Positions 32,841 through 43,135 of a stretch of DNA of 64,000 bases are shown one piece after another; positions within the stretch are counted from its first letter, which is position 1; the number at the start of each line of letters is the position of its first letter. The notes below the pieces were generated by a model. It was not told the DNA's origin and ran no database searches. It was given only the letters and a program-made list of their open reading frames with translations. The translations under genes and the position numbers were made by a program. Source of the DNA: a bacterium. Lineage in GTDB: Bacteria > Desulfobacterota > DSWW01. The stretch lies in NCBI GenBank assembly GCA_040756235.1, contig JBFLZG010000130.1:57905-121904 (forward strand), written 5' to 3'.

Positions 32841-35261
32841 GTGCGCTTGGCCGGTTCATGGATCTGCATCCACGGACATTTTTATCAGCCGCCCAGGGAG
32901 AACCCGTGGCTCGAGTTGATCGAGATGGAGGACTCCTCGGCGCCCTACCACGACTGGAACGAGCGGATCTGTGCCGAGTGTTACGGCCCGAACGCGCACG
33001 CACGGATCGTTGAGAGCTCCGGCCGGGTGAAACGGATGATCAACAATTATGCCTGGATCAGTTTCAACTTCGGGCCCACCCTGCTCTCCTGGCTGGAACG
33101 GCATGCGCCGAAGGTGCTGTCATCGATCCAGGAGGCGGACCGCGCCAGCCTGGAGCGGTGCCAGGGCCACGGGAACGCGATCGCCCAGGCTTACAATCAC
33201 ACAATCCTGCCTCTTGCGAGCCGGCGGGACAAGAGCCTGCAGGTGGAGTGGGGAATCGAAGCTTTCGCGTACTACTTCAAGAGGATGCCCGAAGGGATGT
33301 GGCTGCCGGAGACGGCAGCGGACGTCGAAACCCTGGAGGTGCTGGCGGAGCAGGGCATCCGGTTCACCGTCCTGTCCCCGAGCCAGGCCTTGCGTGTGAA
33401 GCCGCCCTATCAGGGATGGATCTCCGTGACGCCGGCTTCCCTGGACACGCGCCGCGCGTACGAGTGCCGGCTGCCTTCGGGCCGGGAGATCGCGCTGTTC
33501 TTCTATGACGGCGAAGTGGCCCAGGAGGTCGCCTTCCAGCGGCTCTTGACGAGCGGCGAGGATTTCTTTCAGCGTGTCATGTCCCGGTTCGACTCGGGGA
33601 CGGGGCCTCAGCTGGTGCACATCGCCACCGATGGAGAGACCTACGGGCACCATCATCGCTTCGGCGAAATGGCGCTGGCCTACCTGATCAAGAGGGCGGA
33701 AGAGAACCCGCACGTCCGGATGACCAACTACGGGGAGTTTCTATCCCTGGAACCTCCCGCGTGGGAAGCGGAAATCCACGAGAAGAGATCGTGGAGCTGT
33801 GCTCACGGCGTCGAGCGATGGCGCTCGAACTGCGGCTGCAGGGTTTCCGGGCCGGAGCTGCAGCAGAAGTGGCGGGCCCCTCTGCGGCGCGCCCTGGACG
33901 ACCTGAAAGGCAAGCTCGACAGGATTCTGGAAGTGGAGGGACAGAGGGTCTTCCAGGATCCCTGGGCGGCCTTTCGCGGCTACGTACGGGTGCTGCTGGA
34001 CCGCAAGGAGGAAACCCTGCAGGCCTACCTGAACAGGTTCGCCCGGCAGCCCCTGACCGAGACGGATGCCAGCCTTGCGGCCAAGCTGATGGAGATGGAA
34101 CGGCACGGCCAGCTGATGTTCACGAGCTGTGCATGGTTCTTCGACGAAATCTCCGGCGTCGAGGCGGTTCAGATCCTGCGCTTGGCAGCCAGGGCCATCC
34201 AGCTCGCCGAGCTGTACTTCGGGGTCTCTCTGGAAGAGGACTTCCTGGAGGTCCTCGAGCAGGCCCCCAGCAACCTCCCGGAGATCCGGGACGGCAGGCG
34301 GCTCTGGGAAAAGGAGGTCCGGCCTGCGGTCACGAGCCTGGAGCGAGTGCTGGCCCACTTCACCATCAGCTCCATCTTCCGCAAGGACCTGCCGTCCCAT
34401 GTGGGACTCTCCTATTCGCTCAAGGAGTCGGGCTCCGTGATTTGCGAGGCGGGAAATTCCCATCTGGCGGTCGGCGCAGCGGAAGTTTTTTCCAAGAGGA
34501 CGCTGCAGAGGGGAAATTATGTCTATGCGGTCATCCACTTCGACGGTCTGGACCTGCAGTTCTTCTGGAGGCCGTTCACCGGCAGCGGCGATTACGAAAC
34601 GCTGAAGAAGGACCTGGTCCGCACCTTCGAGGAGGGGTCGCTGGGCGACTTGTATCAGGAGCTGCTGAGGTATTTTCACAAGCCGACCCACCGGCTCAGC
34701 GATCTGTTCCGGGACGAGCAGCGCAGGATCATCCAGACGGTCTTGAGTGAGAGGCTGTCTGAGTATCAGGCGCTCGGCGATCAGCTCTTCGACCACGACA
34801 GCGCGCTGCTCAAACGGCTCGGCGCCCTGCGCTATCCGATTCCCGCGCCGATGAAGATGGTGGCGCAGTTCTCGACGGAATCACGGATGCGCAAGATCCT
34901 CGAGGAGATGCAGGGCGAGGAGGACCTGGAAGCGCTCTCCACCCTGGCGGCTCAGGCACGATCGTGGGGGTATCGCCCGGACCCGGCACAATGGGAGCGA
35001 TACCTGGTCGTGGCGCTGGAGCAGAGGATGGAGACCCTCCGCACGAGCGATCGGGTGCTTTCCGAGATGCGCAAGGCGGAGCTCATCTTGAGCGCCGCTA
35101 GGATCCTGGAGCTGTCCCTCAATCTCTGGCGCGTGCAGAACGCGTTCATCGAAGTGTGCAGGAGCCGCCTGCCGATTTTCGAGGTCTTCAAGGAAGAGGT
35201 GCAGAGCTTCGCCTCGACTCTTTATCTGGACACGGAGGCGCTGCCTCTGAGCTTGCGGTGA
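32841..35261 (+). CDS. Glycoside hydrolase family 57 protein with DUF3536-type C-terminus
   Basis: HGHFYQPPRENPW, WLPETA, ATDGETYGHH, SWSCAHGVERW, MFTSCAWFFDE; GAGGAGG RBS and GTG start. Confidence 0.93.
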   Translation: MRLAGSWICIHGHFYQPPRENPWLELIEMEDSSAPYHDWNERICAECYGPNAHARIVESSGRVKRMINNYAWISFNFGPTLLSWLERHAPKVLSSIQEADRASLERCQGHGNAIAQAYNHTILPLASRRDKSLQVEWGIEAFAYYFKRMPEGMWLPETAADVETLEVLAEQGIRFTVLSPSQALRVKPPYQGWISVTPASLDTRRAYECRLPSGREIALFFYDGEVAQEVAFQRLLTSGEDFFQRVMSRFDSGTGPQLVHIATDGETYGHHHRFGEMALAYLIKRAEENPHVRMTNYGEFLSLEPPAWEAEIHEKRSWSCAHGVERWRSNCGCRVSGPELQQKWRAPLRRALDDLKGKLDRILEVEGQRVFQDPWAAFRGYVRVLLDRKEETLQAYLNRFARQPLTETDASLAAKLMEMERHGQLMFTSCAWFFDEISGVEAVQILRLAARAIQLAELYFGVSLEEDFLEVLEQAPSNLPEIRDGRRLWEKEVRPAVTSLERVLAHFTISSIFRKDLPSHVGLSYSLKESGSVICEAGNSHLAVGAAEVFSKRTLQRGNYVYAVIHFDGLDLQFFWRPFTGSGDYETLKKDLVRTFEEGSLGDLYQELLRYFHKPTHRLSDLFRDEQRRIIQTVLSERLSEYQALGDQLFDHDSALLKRLGALRYPIPAPMKMVAQFSTESRMRKILEEMQGEEDLEALSTLAAQARSWGYRPDPAQWERYLVVALEQRMETLRTSDRVLSEMRKAELILSAARILELSLNLWRVQNAFIEVCRSRLPIFEVFKEEVQSFASTLYLDTEALPLSLR

Positions 35262-35392
35262 AGACGCATTGACTATATGACGCAGCGCATTATAGAATGT
35301 GTTCTGTGATGAAAGGAGTCGAAAAGCTCGATCAAAACGTGATCCCTGCTGATCCACGCCCGCGAGGTCGCTGCGGGAGGGGAGGAGGGGAG

Positions 35393-35644
35393 ATGAAGGA
35401 ATACAACGAGCGCCCGCGCTGGGTATCTGTCTTGTACGCGTTCACGCTGATATATTCTCTGGCCGGGATCGCCATTGCCATCCTGGTGTCGGCGGGGATC
35501 GGCCGTCTCCAGAAAGCCCGGTCGCGGCTCGGCCACAAACGGGAGGACGAGCCCGACCCCTCCTCTCAGAGGTCCGAAAGCGTGTCCCGGTGCACCCCCC
35601 ACACGCCCCGCAGCACGTCGCAGATCTCGCCCAAGGTGGCGTAG
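35393..35644 (+). CDS. Small single-pass membrane protein (hypothetical)
   Basis: Strong GGAGG RBS, TM segment WVSVLYAFTLIYSLAGIAIAILVSAGI, upstream TTGACT-18-TAGAAT; 3' end overlaps the mutase gene. Confidence 0.55.
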   Translation: MKEYNERPRWVSVLYAFTLIYSLAGIAIAILVSAGIGRLQKARSRLGHKREDEPDPSSQRSESVSRCTPHTPRSTSQISPKVA

Positions 35645-37263
35645 GCCTTCACCGCGGCAAGAATGCGCGGAACCAGGTTCTCCGCCGGAGCCTGTGCCCC
35701 CTGGCGCAGCGCTTCCAGCGCCGCGTTCACTTCGACCGGGTTGCGGGCGGCCTTCACCGCCTGGATGCATGACTCCTGCTCCCGCCGCACCTCCTTCTCG
35801 TCCACGTGAAAGATCTCGGCGCCCTTGCGGCCGATTCCGTCCGAGACGCTCTTCTGGAACCGGTTGACCCCCACCACGATGCGCTTGCCGGAATCCACCT
35901 CCTGCTGATAGCGATAGGCGACCTCGAGGATCTCCCTCTGGTAGTAGCCCGACTCGACCGCGGCAACGGCCCCGCCCAGGCCTTCGATCCGATCCATTTC
36001 CTCCCGCACCCGGCTTTCGAGCTCATCGGTGAGGCGCTCTACGTAATACGAGCCGGCAAGAGGGTCGGCGACCTCGGTTGCTCCCGCCTCGTGCGCAATG
36101 ATCTGCTGCGTTCGCAGGGCGATCTGCTGGGCGAACTGCGTGGGGATCGCCAGCCCTTCGTCGTAGCAGGAGAGCGCCATGGACTGCACCCCTCCGAGCA
36201 CGGCGGCCAGGGCCTGGAACGCCGCCCGGATGATGTTGTTTTCGGGCTGCTGGGTGGTCAGGGCGGACCCCCCGGTCTGGGTGTGCGTGCGCAGCATGCA
36301 GGCCCGATCGCTGCGCGCGCCGTAGCGTTCCCGCATGAGGCGCGCCCAGATGCGACGGAGGGCGCGGTACTTGGCGATCTCTTGGAAAAAGTCGTTATGG
36401 GTGTTGAAGATCCAGGAGATCCGCGGGGCGAACTCGTCGATCGCGAGCCCTCTTTCGAGCACGGCATCGACGTAGGCGAGGGCGTTGGCAAGGCTGAAAG
36501 CCATCTCCTGGACCGCCGTGGCCCCCGCGTCGCGGATGTGGTAGCCGCTCACGCTGATGGCGTTCCACCGGGGGATGTGTGCGGCGCAGTAGGCCATGAG
36601 GTCTGCCGCCAGCCGCACGGAGGGCCGCGGCGGGAAGATGTACGTGCCGCGGGCCACGTATTCCTTGAGGATGTCGTTCTGCACGGTCCCGCTCAGCTTC
36701 TCGAGGGGAACGCCCTGCTTCTCGGCGACCGCCGCGACCATCATCAGCAGGATGGCGGCCGGCGCATTGATCGTCATGGAGGTGGTGACGCGGTCCAGGG
36801 GAATGCGGTCGAAGAGGATCTCCATGTCCTTGAGCGAATCGATCGCCACTCCCACCTTTCCGGTCTCCCCCTCCGCGACCGGATGGTCGGAGTCGTAGCC
36901 CATCTGGGTCGGCAGGTCGAAGGCCACGCTCAGGCCGGTCTGCCCCTGGTCCAGGAGGTAGCGGAACCGCTCGTTGGTCTGTTCGGCGGTCCCGAAACCG
37001 GCGTATTGTCGCATCGTCCAGAGCCGGGTTCGGTAGCCGGTGCTGAAGAGCCCCCGGGTGAAAGGGTAGCGGCCCGGGGTCTCGCCGTCTCGGTCGGGGG
37101 CGTCGGCGCTCGTGTAGAACGGCTTCAGCGGAATTCCGGAGCTGTTGACGATTTCCTGGCCGGTCCCCTCGGAATCGCCGTTCGAGCACCGCTCACCGGC
37201 TGATTCCGCGGGCCCCGAGGGATTTGCCGCGCTCGCGAGGTCCGGCGTTTCTTCGCGTTCCAT
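35566..37263 (-). CDS. Acyl-CoA mutase large (substrate-binding) subunit, methylmalonyl-CoA mutase family
   Basis: PGRYPFTRG, WTMRQYAGFG, GLSVAFDLPTQMGYDSD, QNDILKEY, SGYHIR; no B12-binding domain. Confidence 0.93.
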   Translation of the reverse strand: MEREETPDLASAANPSGPAESAGERCSNGDSEGTGQEIVNSSGIPLKPFYTSADAPDRDGETPGRYPFTRGLFSTGYRTRLWTMRQYAGFGTAEQTNERFRYLLDQGQTGLSVAFDLPTQMGYDSDHPVAEGETGKVGVAIDSLKDMEILFDRIPLDRVTTSMTINAPAAILLMMVAAVAEKQGVPLEKLSGTVQNDILKEYVARGTYIFPPRPSVRLAADLMAYCAAHIPRWNAISVSGYHIRDAGATAVQEMAFSLANALAYVDAVLERGLAIDEFAPRISWIFNTHNDFFQEIAKYRALRRIWARLMRERYGARSDRACMLRTHTQTGGSALTTQQPENNIIRAAFQALAAVLGGVQSMALSCYDEGLAIPTQFAQQIALRTQQIIAHEAGATEVADPLAGSYYVERLTDELESRVREEMDRIEGLGGAVAAVESGYYQREILEVAYRYQQEVDSGKRIVVGVNRFQKSVSDGIGRKGAEIFHVDEKEVRREQESCIQAVKAARNPVEVNAALEALRQGAQAPAENLVPRILAAVKAYATLGEICDVLRGVWGVHRDTLSDL

Positions 37264-37500
37264 GGGAAGCCGCCTTTCGCATAGGAGAATGGAGGGAGCC
37301 GTCGTCCCGTCCTTTTAAGAATACGATGATCTTAGCCGTCCCGGAGGATGCGAAACAACTCGAGACGCCTGCGCGGGCGTTCCTCGACCCTTGACGCATT
37401 TCCCGGCGGATACTACCTTACATCTTCTTGTCGTGCCTGACGTCGGCGGAAACGAGGGTCTCTGCAACATCCATCCGCGAGTCAACGGGAGGAAAGACCA

Positions 37501-38691
37501 ATGGCGGAAAGGAACGAAGCGTACATCGTGAGCGCGGTGCGGACGGCGGTCGGCAGAAGGGGCGGTGCGCTGAGCCAGTGGAGGCCTGAAGAGCTCCTGG
37601 CGGAGGTCCTGAAGGAGCTGGTGAAAAGGGCCAAGGTCTCCCCCGAGTGCGTGGAGGACGTGGTCTGCGGCATCGTTTATCAGGTCGGCGAGCAGGCCTT
37701 CTCGGTGCCCCGGATGGCCGTACACGCGGCCGGCTTTCCGGACGCGGTCCCCGGGATGACCTGCAATCGTCAGTGCGGCAGCTCGCTGTCCGCCATCCAG
37801 ATCGCGAGCTCCATGATCCAGGCGGGCCACATGGACTGCGTCGTCGCCTGCGGCGTGGAGATCATGAGCAAGTACCCGATCATGTCGGACTGGTTCGGGC
37901 TGCAGTACGCGGACGGCCGGCCGGCAGGAACCCCCTTCGGGCCGAGCTACATGAACGCCATGGGCGGCGAGTTGATCGACCAGGGACAGGCGGCAGAGCG
38001 CATTGCGAAGAAATGGGGGCTGAACAAACAGGATCTGGACGCCTTCAGCCTCCGGAGCCATCAGCGGGCCCACAAGGCGACCGTGGAAGGAAGGTTCAAA
38101 CGAGAGATCCTGCCGCTCCAGACGAAGGATGCCCAGGGAAACACCTTCTTGTTCGAGAAGGATGAGCCGGTGCGGGCGGATACCTCGATGGAGAAGTTGG
38201 CCTCCCTCAAGACCGTCTTCAACACGGAGATGATCACCGCCGGCAACTCGAGCCCGATCACCGACGGCGCTTCGGCGGTCCTGCTGATGAGCGGCAAGCT
38301 GGCCAAGCAGCTCGGGATCGAGCCGAGAGCTCGAATCGTTGTCAACACCGCCGTGGGGAGCGATCCGAAGCTCATGCTGACCGGGCCCATCCAGGCGACT
38401 CCCAAGGCTCTCCAGAAAGCAGGCCTCAAGCTCCAGGACATGGACGTCGTCGAGATCAACGAGGCGTTCGCACCCATTCCGCTGGCCTGGGGCAAAGTCC
38501 ACAAGGCCGACTGGGAAAAGGTGAACATCAACGGAGGTGCCATCGCGCTGGGGCATCCGGTGGGCAACTCGGGCTGCCGCCTGACCGTGACGGCCCTGCA
38601 CGAGCTCGAGCGAACCAAGGGGCGGTACGGCCTGATTACGCTCTGCACCGGCGGAGCGATGGCGCCGGCTACGATCATCGAGAGGATCTGA
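37501..38691 (+). CDS. Thiolase (acetyl-CoA C-acyltransferase)
   Basis: NRQCGSS, NEAFA, GGAIALGHP, LCTGG. Confidence 0.95.
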   Translation: MAERNEAYIVSAVRTAVGRRGGALSQWRPEELLAEVLKELVKRAKVSPECVEDVVCGIVYQVGEQAFSVPRMAVHAAGFPDAVPGMTCNRQCGSSLSAIQIASSMIQAGHMDCVVACGVEIMSKYPIMSDWFGLQYADGRPAGTPFGPSYMNAMGGELIDQGQAAERIAKKWGLNKQDLDAFSLRSHQRAHKATVEGRFKREILPLQTKDAQGNTFLFEKDEPVRADTSMEKLASLKTVFNTEMITAGNSSPITDGASAVLLMSGKLAKQLGIEPRARIVVNTAVGSDPKLMLTGPIQATPKALQKAGLKLQDMDVVEINEAFAPIPLAWGKVHKADWEKVNINGGAIALGHPVGNSGCRLTVTALHELERTKGRYGLITLCTGGAMAPATIIERI

Positions 38692-38709
38692 ATCAGGAGC
38701 TCTCCGGCG

Positions 38710-39321
38710 GTGGTCATGGTGAGCAGGTTGGAGACGGAGTTGAAGGTGCGGCTCGAAGGAGCCGCGGCTTACCAGAGGGTCTGCCGGAGGCTCGGCCCGC
38801 CTGCAGACGAGTGGGACCAGGAGAACCACTATTATCGTTCCGCGGACGGTTCGATCCCCGGCAAGAGCGGTGTGATCCGGATGCGAGCGGAGAAGGGACG
38901 AGTGCTCTTCACGGTCAAGCTCGACGGGACCTTGCAGGAAGGCCTCGCCCGCGCAATGGAATTCGAGCTTCCCTGGAAGGGGGAGGGCCGAGGATGGCCT
39001 CCCCCTCCGGAGTCTCTCTGGGAAGTCGGGCACCCCGGCATGGATGCGCTGGCTGCGCGCCGCGGCGGGCGGCTTCCCCTGGTGTGGATCGGACAGATGA
39101 CCAACCGCAGGAAGACGTTCCGTTTTTCAGAGAGCCTCCTCCTGGAGGTCGATGCATCCCGGTATCCGGACGGCTGCACCGATTACGAGCTGGAGCTGGA
39201 AACGCCTGACCCGGATCGTGACCGCGCGCTCGTCAGCCGCCGGCTGGAGGAGGCCGGGATCCCTTACATCCCCCAGGTCGAAACCAAGTACCAGCGCTTT
39301 CTCCGACACCTGGCGACCTGA
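38710..39321 (+). CDS. CYTH-domain protein
   Basis: ETELK (ExExK), QENHYY, DYELELE, C-terminal TKYQR. Confidence 0.85.
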   Translation: MVMVSRLETELKVRLEGAAAYQRVCRRLGPPADEWDQENHYYRSADGSIPGKSGVIRMRAEKGRVLFTVKLDGTLQEGLARAMEFELPWKGEGRGWPPPPESLWEVGHPGMDALAARRGGRLPLVWIGQMTNRRKTFRFSESLLLEVDASRYPDGCTDYELELETPDPDRDRALVSRRLEEAGIPYIPQVETKYQRFLRHLAT

Positions 39322-39348
39322 CCTAGGAGCCCGCGGGCCCTCTTCCGG

Positions 39349-40560
39349 TCAGGCGTCGAGGACGACGAGATCGTCCGGAAAGTCGGTCAGCTTCTCGGGC
39401 TCCTTCTCCGTAATCAGGTAGCAGTTCTCGAGCCCGATGCCGCCCAGCCCCGGCAGAAAGATCTTGGGTTCCAGGGCGAGGACCATGCCCGGGGCCAGGC
39501 AGGCTTCGGAGCGCGCAGAGAGGACGGGCCACTCGTCCAGCTCCAATCCCACCCCGTGGGCGAGGAACCGCACCTGGTTGCGGCCCGTGCCCATCAGGTG
39601 CGGCCGGAAGCGATGCCCCTCGAGCGGTCCCATGACCTGCTCGTAGATATCGGCGCACCGGGCGCCGGGTTTCAGGAGGGATACCGCTTCATCCTGTATC
39701 CGCCGGCACAGTTGGTAGGCTTCGCGGCCCTCGGCCGGGAGATCGCCGAGCGAGTAGGTGCGGGCTTTGTCCACACAGTAGCCGCAATAACCGAAGACGA
39801 GATCGACCAGAACCGGCTCGTTGCGCCGGATCCGGCGGGTGCCGCAGCCGTGAGGCATGGCCGGGCAGAGTCCCAGCCCGCCCACCGGACTGTCGATGCA
39901 GGTCGGATAGCAGGCACTGGGGCCGCTCACCACCGGACCGAAAAAAAGCTCCTGGTTCCAGCGGCGGAAGCGGACGAGCCCCTGATGCTCCTCCAACCGC
40001 AGCGCCCGTTCGATCTCGGCGGCAAACTCCAGCTCGCGCAGACCCTCCCGCAGCCACAGCGGGATCCGGGCGTACACGCGCGCTTCCCGCCGGGCGGCTT
40101 CCCGCAGCCATTCGATCTCCAAGGGCGACTTGATCTGCCGCACCTCCCGCAAGAGCGGCGTCGCATCTTCGAAGCGCACTCCCGGCAGGATTTCCCGCAT
40201 CTGCAGATACTCCCTGGCGGGCAGCACGTCCAGCTCGAGCCCGATGCGCATTCCTTGCAGCGGGCCGGTGACCTGGATCAGGGTCTTGCGATCCCGGAGC
40301 GGACGGACTTCGGCCAGCGGCGATTCGTTCCGTGCCCGTTCCGGATGCCGGCGCACCAGAAGGACGGGTTCGCCCTCCGTGGGTATCCACAGGATGCCGT
40401 CCTGGAGAGTGCCCGAGAAATAGTACAAATCGACGGACTGAAGCAGCAAAAGCCCGTCCATGGATGCCTGTCGCAGGCGCTCCCGGATGCGTCCGAGGCG
40501 CCCGAGGAGCTCGGTCCTCGGCAGCAGAAGAGCGCGGTAGCGCTGCAGTGCCTCATCCAT
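39349..40560 (-). CDS. Xaa-Pro aminopeptidase (M24 family)
   Basis: Creatinase-like N-domain, KSPLEI, HGVGLELDE, ALEPK, GLEN. Confidence 0.92.
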   Translation of the reverse strand: MDEALQRYRALLLPRTELLGRLGRIRERLRQASMDGLLLLQSVDLYYFSGTLQDGILWIPTEGEPVLLVRRHPERARNESPLAEVRPLRDRKTLIQVTGPLQGMRIGLELDVLPAREYLQMREILPGVRFEDATPLLREVRQIKSPLEIEWLREAARREARVYARIPLWLREGLRELEFAAEIERALRLEEHQGLVRFRRWNQELFFGPVVSGPSACYPTCIDSPVGGLGLCPAMPHGCGTRRIRRNEPVLVDLVFGYCGYCVDKARTYSLGDLPAEGREAYQLCRRIQDEAVSLLKPGARCADIYEQVMGPLEGHRFRPHLMGTGRNQVRFLAHGVGLELDEWPVLSARSEACLAPGMVLALEPKIFLPGLGGIGLENCYLITEKEPEKLTDFPDDLVVLDA

Positions 40561-40834
40561 GTCATCTCCCTCGGCAGCCGGTCGCCGGTCAGAAGAGAAC
40601 AGGCCCGGCGAGACCCGCTCCCCCGATTGCGTTGGCTGTTTCCCTTTTCGGCCCACGGGGAAAGGGGCCGCTCTGCGCTTTCACTTTCACCTCTCACCTT
40701 CCTCCCCCTTTTGCTCGGGGTTTGTCAAGGGAGAGACTGTCGGTTATGCTAGCTTTTTCGATCGGTGCAAGAGCAGGCGATGCTGGGGCGAACGTGCCCG
40801 TGGATGCGGGCCGGCTCCATCGGGGGTAACAGGA

Positions 40835-41854
40835 ATGAAGTACACGAGGATCGTCACCCACGACGATCTGGACGGCGTGGTCTCGGCCGCACTGTGCAGC
40901 CTGGCCGAAGGCATCGATGATCTGCGCTTTGCCGGACCGGGCTCGATCCTGGACATGGGCCTGGGGGTGGGGCCGGAGACGATCGTCTGCGACCTGCCCC
41001 ATCACCCGGCCGCGGGGCGCTGGTTCGATCACCACGCCGGCAACCTCGAGGATTTCAAGCTCAAGGGCGGCGACCCCGTCAGCATCTCCGGCCGTTTCCA
41101 GCTCGCCAAGAGTTGCGCTCGCGTGGTTTTCGACTACTACCGGGAGCACTTTGCCTTCCCCGAATTCATCCCGGTCACGGTTGAGGAAACCGACCGCGTC
41201 GACAGCTTCGACTACGGCAGCGTGGAGGACTGGCGCAAGGAGACTCCCGGCAGGCTCCTTGCCGACACCCTCAGCATCAGTTTCCCCTCCCGCAGGGAAC
41301 GGGAAGGATACATGAGGCATCTAATGCGAAGCGTTCGATCACGCCCGCTGGAAGAGGTCCTCAAGGATCCTCGGGTCCAGGCGGCTTCCGAGCAATACCG
41401 GCAGACGGCTTCCAAGAACCTCGAGCTCATCACGCGTATCGGCGTGTTCCTGCCGGAGGATGAGGACCGGGAGGTCGTGATCCTGGACACAACGCCCTTC
41501 AAACGCGAGCCCAATCTCATCAAGAGCCTGGCTTTTCTGGTGTTCCGAAGCGCCAAGGCGGTGCTCGAGGTCAAGAGCCTCTATCGCCAGGGCCGCAAGA
41601 CCAACGAGCTTGGCTTTTCCATGTCTCTGAGCCCGTCCATGGAAGTGGAGTCTTCCGAGAAAGACGTCGGCGAGATCATGCGCGCCCTGAACATCGGCGA
41701 CGGCCATCGGGGCGCCGGGGCGGGCCGAAAGCCCTGTGCCTCGAAGTCCGAGATGCTCAAGCACAAGGAATCCATGGTGCGCCAGATCTTTTCCCTGTGG
41801 AAGGAACAGCGACTCCACGCGGGCGGGCACGCGCAAGCGGGGCAGCGGGGATAG
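40835..41854 (+). CDS. DHH-superfamily phosphoesterase (NrnB/exopolyphosphatase-like)
   Basis: THDDLDG, CDLP, WFDHH, GDGHRGAG. Confidence 0.85.
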   Translation: MKYTRIVTHDDLDGVVSAALCSLAEGIDDLRFAGPGSILDMGLGVGPETIVCDLPHHPAAGRWFDHHAGNLEDFKLKGGDPVSISGRFQLAKSCARVVFDYYREHFAFPEFIPVTVEETDRVDSFDYGSVEDWRKETPGRLLADTLSISFPSRREREGYMRHLMRSVRSRPLEEVLKDPRVQAASEQYRQTASKNLELITRIGVFLPEDEDREVVILDTTPFKREPNLIKSLAFLVFRSAKAVLEVKSLYRQGRKTNELGFSMSLSPSMEVESSEKDVGEIMRALNIGDGHRGAGAGRKPCASKSEMLKHKESMVRQIFSLWKEQRLHAGGHAQAGQRG

Positions 41855-41858
41855 CGCG

Positions 41859-42455
41859 TTGGAATCGATCGCGTCGACCATCATCCGTCACTCCTACCTG
41901 GGCCTGTTCATCCTGATACTGGCCTGCAGCTTCGGATTTCCCTTCTCGAAGACCCTGACACTCCTGGGGAGCGGCGTCCTGGCGTCTCGAGAAACGGGCA
42001 GCCTGCCTCTGTATATGCTGGCCGGGCTCGTAGGGTTGGTCACGGCGGACAGCATCTACTTCCTGGCCGGTACCCTCGGGGGCGAGAGGATTCTGAGACT
42101 CCGCTGGCTGGCGCGGCCGGGAGCTCGGAGACTCTTCGAATCCGCAGAAGAACGATTCCGGGATTACGGGGGCGCGGCCGTGTTCAGCGCCCGCTTCACC
42201 CCCTATCTCAGGGGCCTGGTGTTCCTTGCGGCCGGCATGAGCCGCATGCCGGCCGCCCGCTTTCTCGCCGCAGACTCCCTCTCGGCCCTGATCTTGGTGC
42301 CGGCTGCCACGCTGGCCGGCTTCCTGCTGTCACGACATGGCAACGCGCTGGTGACCGCCTTCTCCCAGGCACAGGGCATTCTCGCGGTCGTGTCCGTGCT
42401 GGTGATCGCCGTCCTGTTCCTCGTACCCATTGGGCGCGGGCGCCGGAGAAGCTGA
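41859..42455 (+). CDS. DedA family membrane protein
   Basis: GFPF, D...YF.G, F.ARFTPYLR, AG; TTG start inferred. Confidence 0.88.
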   Translation: MESIASTIIRHSYLGLFILILACSFGFPFSKTLTLLGSGVLASRETGSLPLYMLAGLVGLVTADSIYFLAGTLGGERILRLRWLARPGARRLFESAEERFRDYGGAAVFSARFTPYLRGLVFLAAGMSRMPAARFLAADSLSALILVPAATLAGFLLSRHGNALVTAFSQAQGILAVVSVLVIAVLFLVPIGRGRRRS

Positions 42456-42653
42456 GACAGCCGGCGGTCTGAAGCGTTGTTTGACAAGCGTCAAAACGCA
42501 GTGCTACAAAAGGAGCTACGCTTACACACACCGGGACGTCGTGCGCATGGGGTTTGTGCGGAAATGCGCTCCGGTTGAGAAAGGAGGTGATGGAAAGATC
42601 TTCGTTCGGGCAGGGGTATTCGTGGATGCTCAATTCTCTTGTGGAGGTGAATC

Positions 42654-43121
42654 ATGAAAAAACTCGGAATCGGGATCGCGCTCTGCCTCATCATGATCAT
42701 GGTCAGCTCTGTGTACGGGGAACAGCCTCGTGGGAACTGCGGCTGCGGACTCGGCACCATGGCCTTCGAAGGGAAGAACGGCCTGCTGTTCCAGGTGCTG
42801 GCCGCCACCACCAACGGAAGCTTCGGGAACCAGACGTTCGGGATTACCTCGGGCACCCTGGAATGCGAGCAGGCTCCTTCGTTTACCTCCAACGAGCCGT
42901 TGAATCGATTCGTCAAAGACAACATGGACGACCTGGCCAAGGACATTGCTCAGGGCCGCGGCGAATCCCTGGATACGCTGGCTGAGCTGATGGGAATCCC
43001 CGCCGAGGAAAGGCCGCTGTTCTACGCCAGGCTGCAAACGAGCTTTTCCGAGATCTTCCCCTCCGGGACGATCACTCACGTGGATGTGCTGGAGAACATC
43101 GCGAAGGTGATGCAAGGCTGA
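42654..43121 (+). CDS. DUF3015 family secreted protein
   Basis: Signal peptide, GCGLG, AATTNG..GNQTFGITSGT..C, DIAQGRGESL; GGAGGTG RBS. Confidence 0.9.
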   Translation: MKKLGIGIALCLIMIMVSSVYGEQPRGNCGCGLGTMAFEGKNGLLFQVLAATTNGSFGNQTFGITSGTLECEQAPSFTSNEPLNRFVKDNMDDLAKDIAQGRGESLDTLAELMGIPAEERPLFYARLQTSFSEIFPSGTITHVDVLENIAKVMQG

Positions 43122-43135
43122 TCCCGGAGCTTTCC

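Noticed and set aside
24500..37500. Replication origin inferred from the switch from minus- to plus-strand genes
   Set aside because: No DnaA-box cluster, unwinding element, dnaA or parS seen; a skew calculation would be needed.
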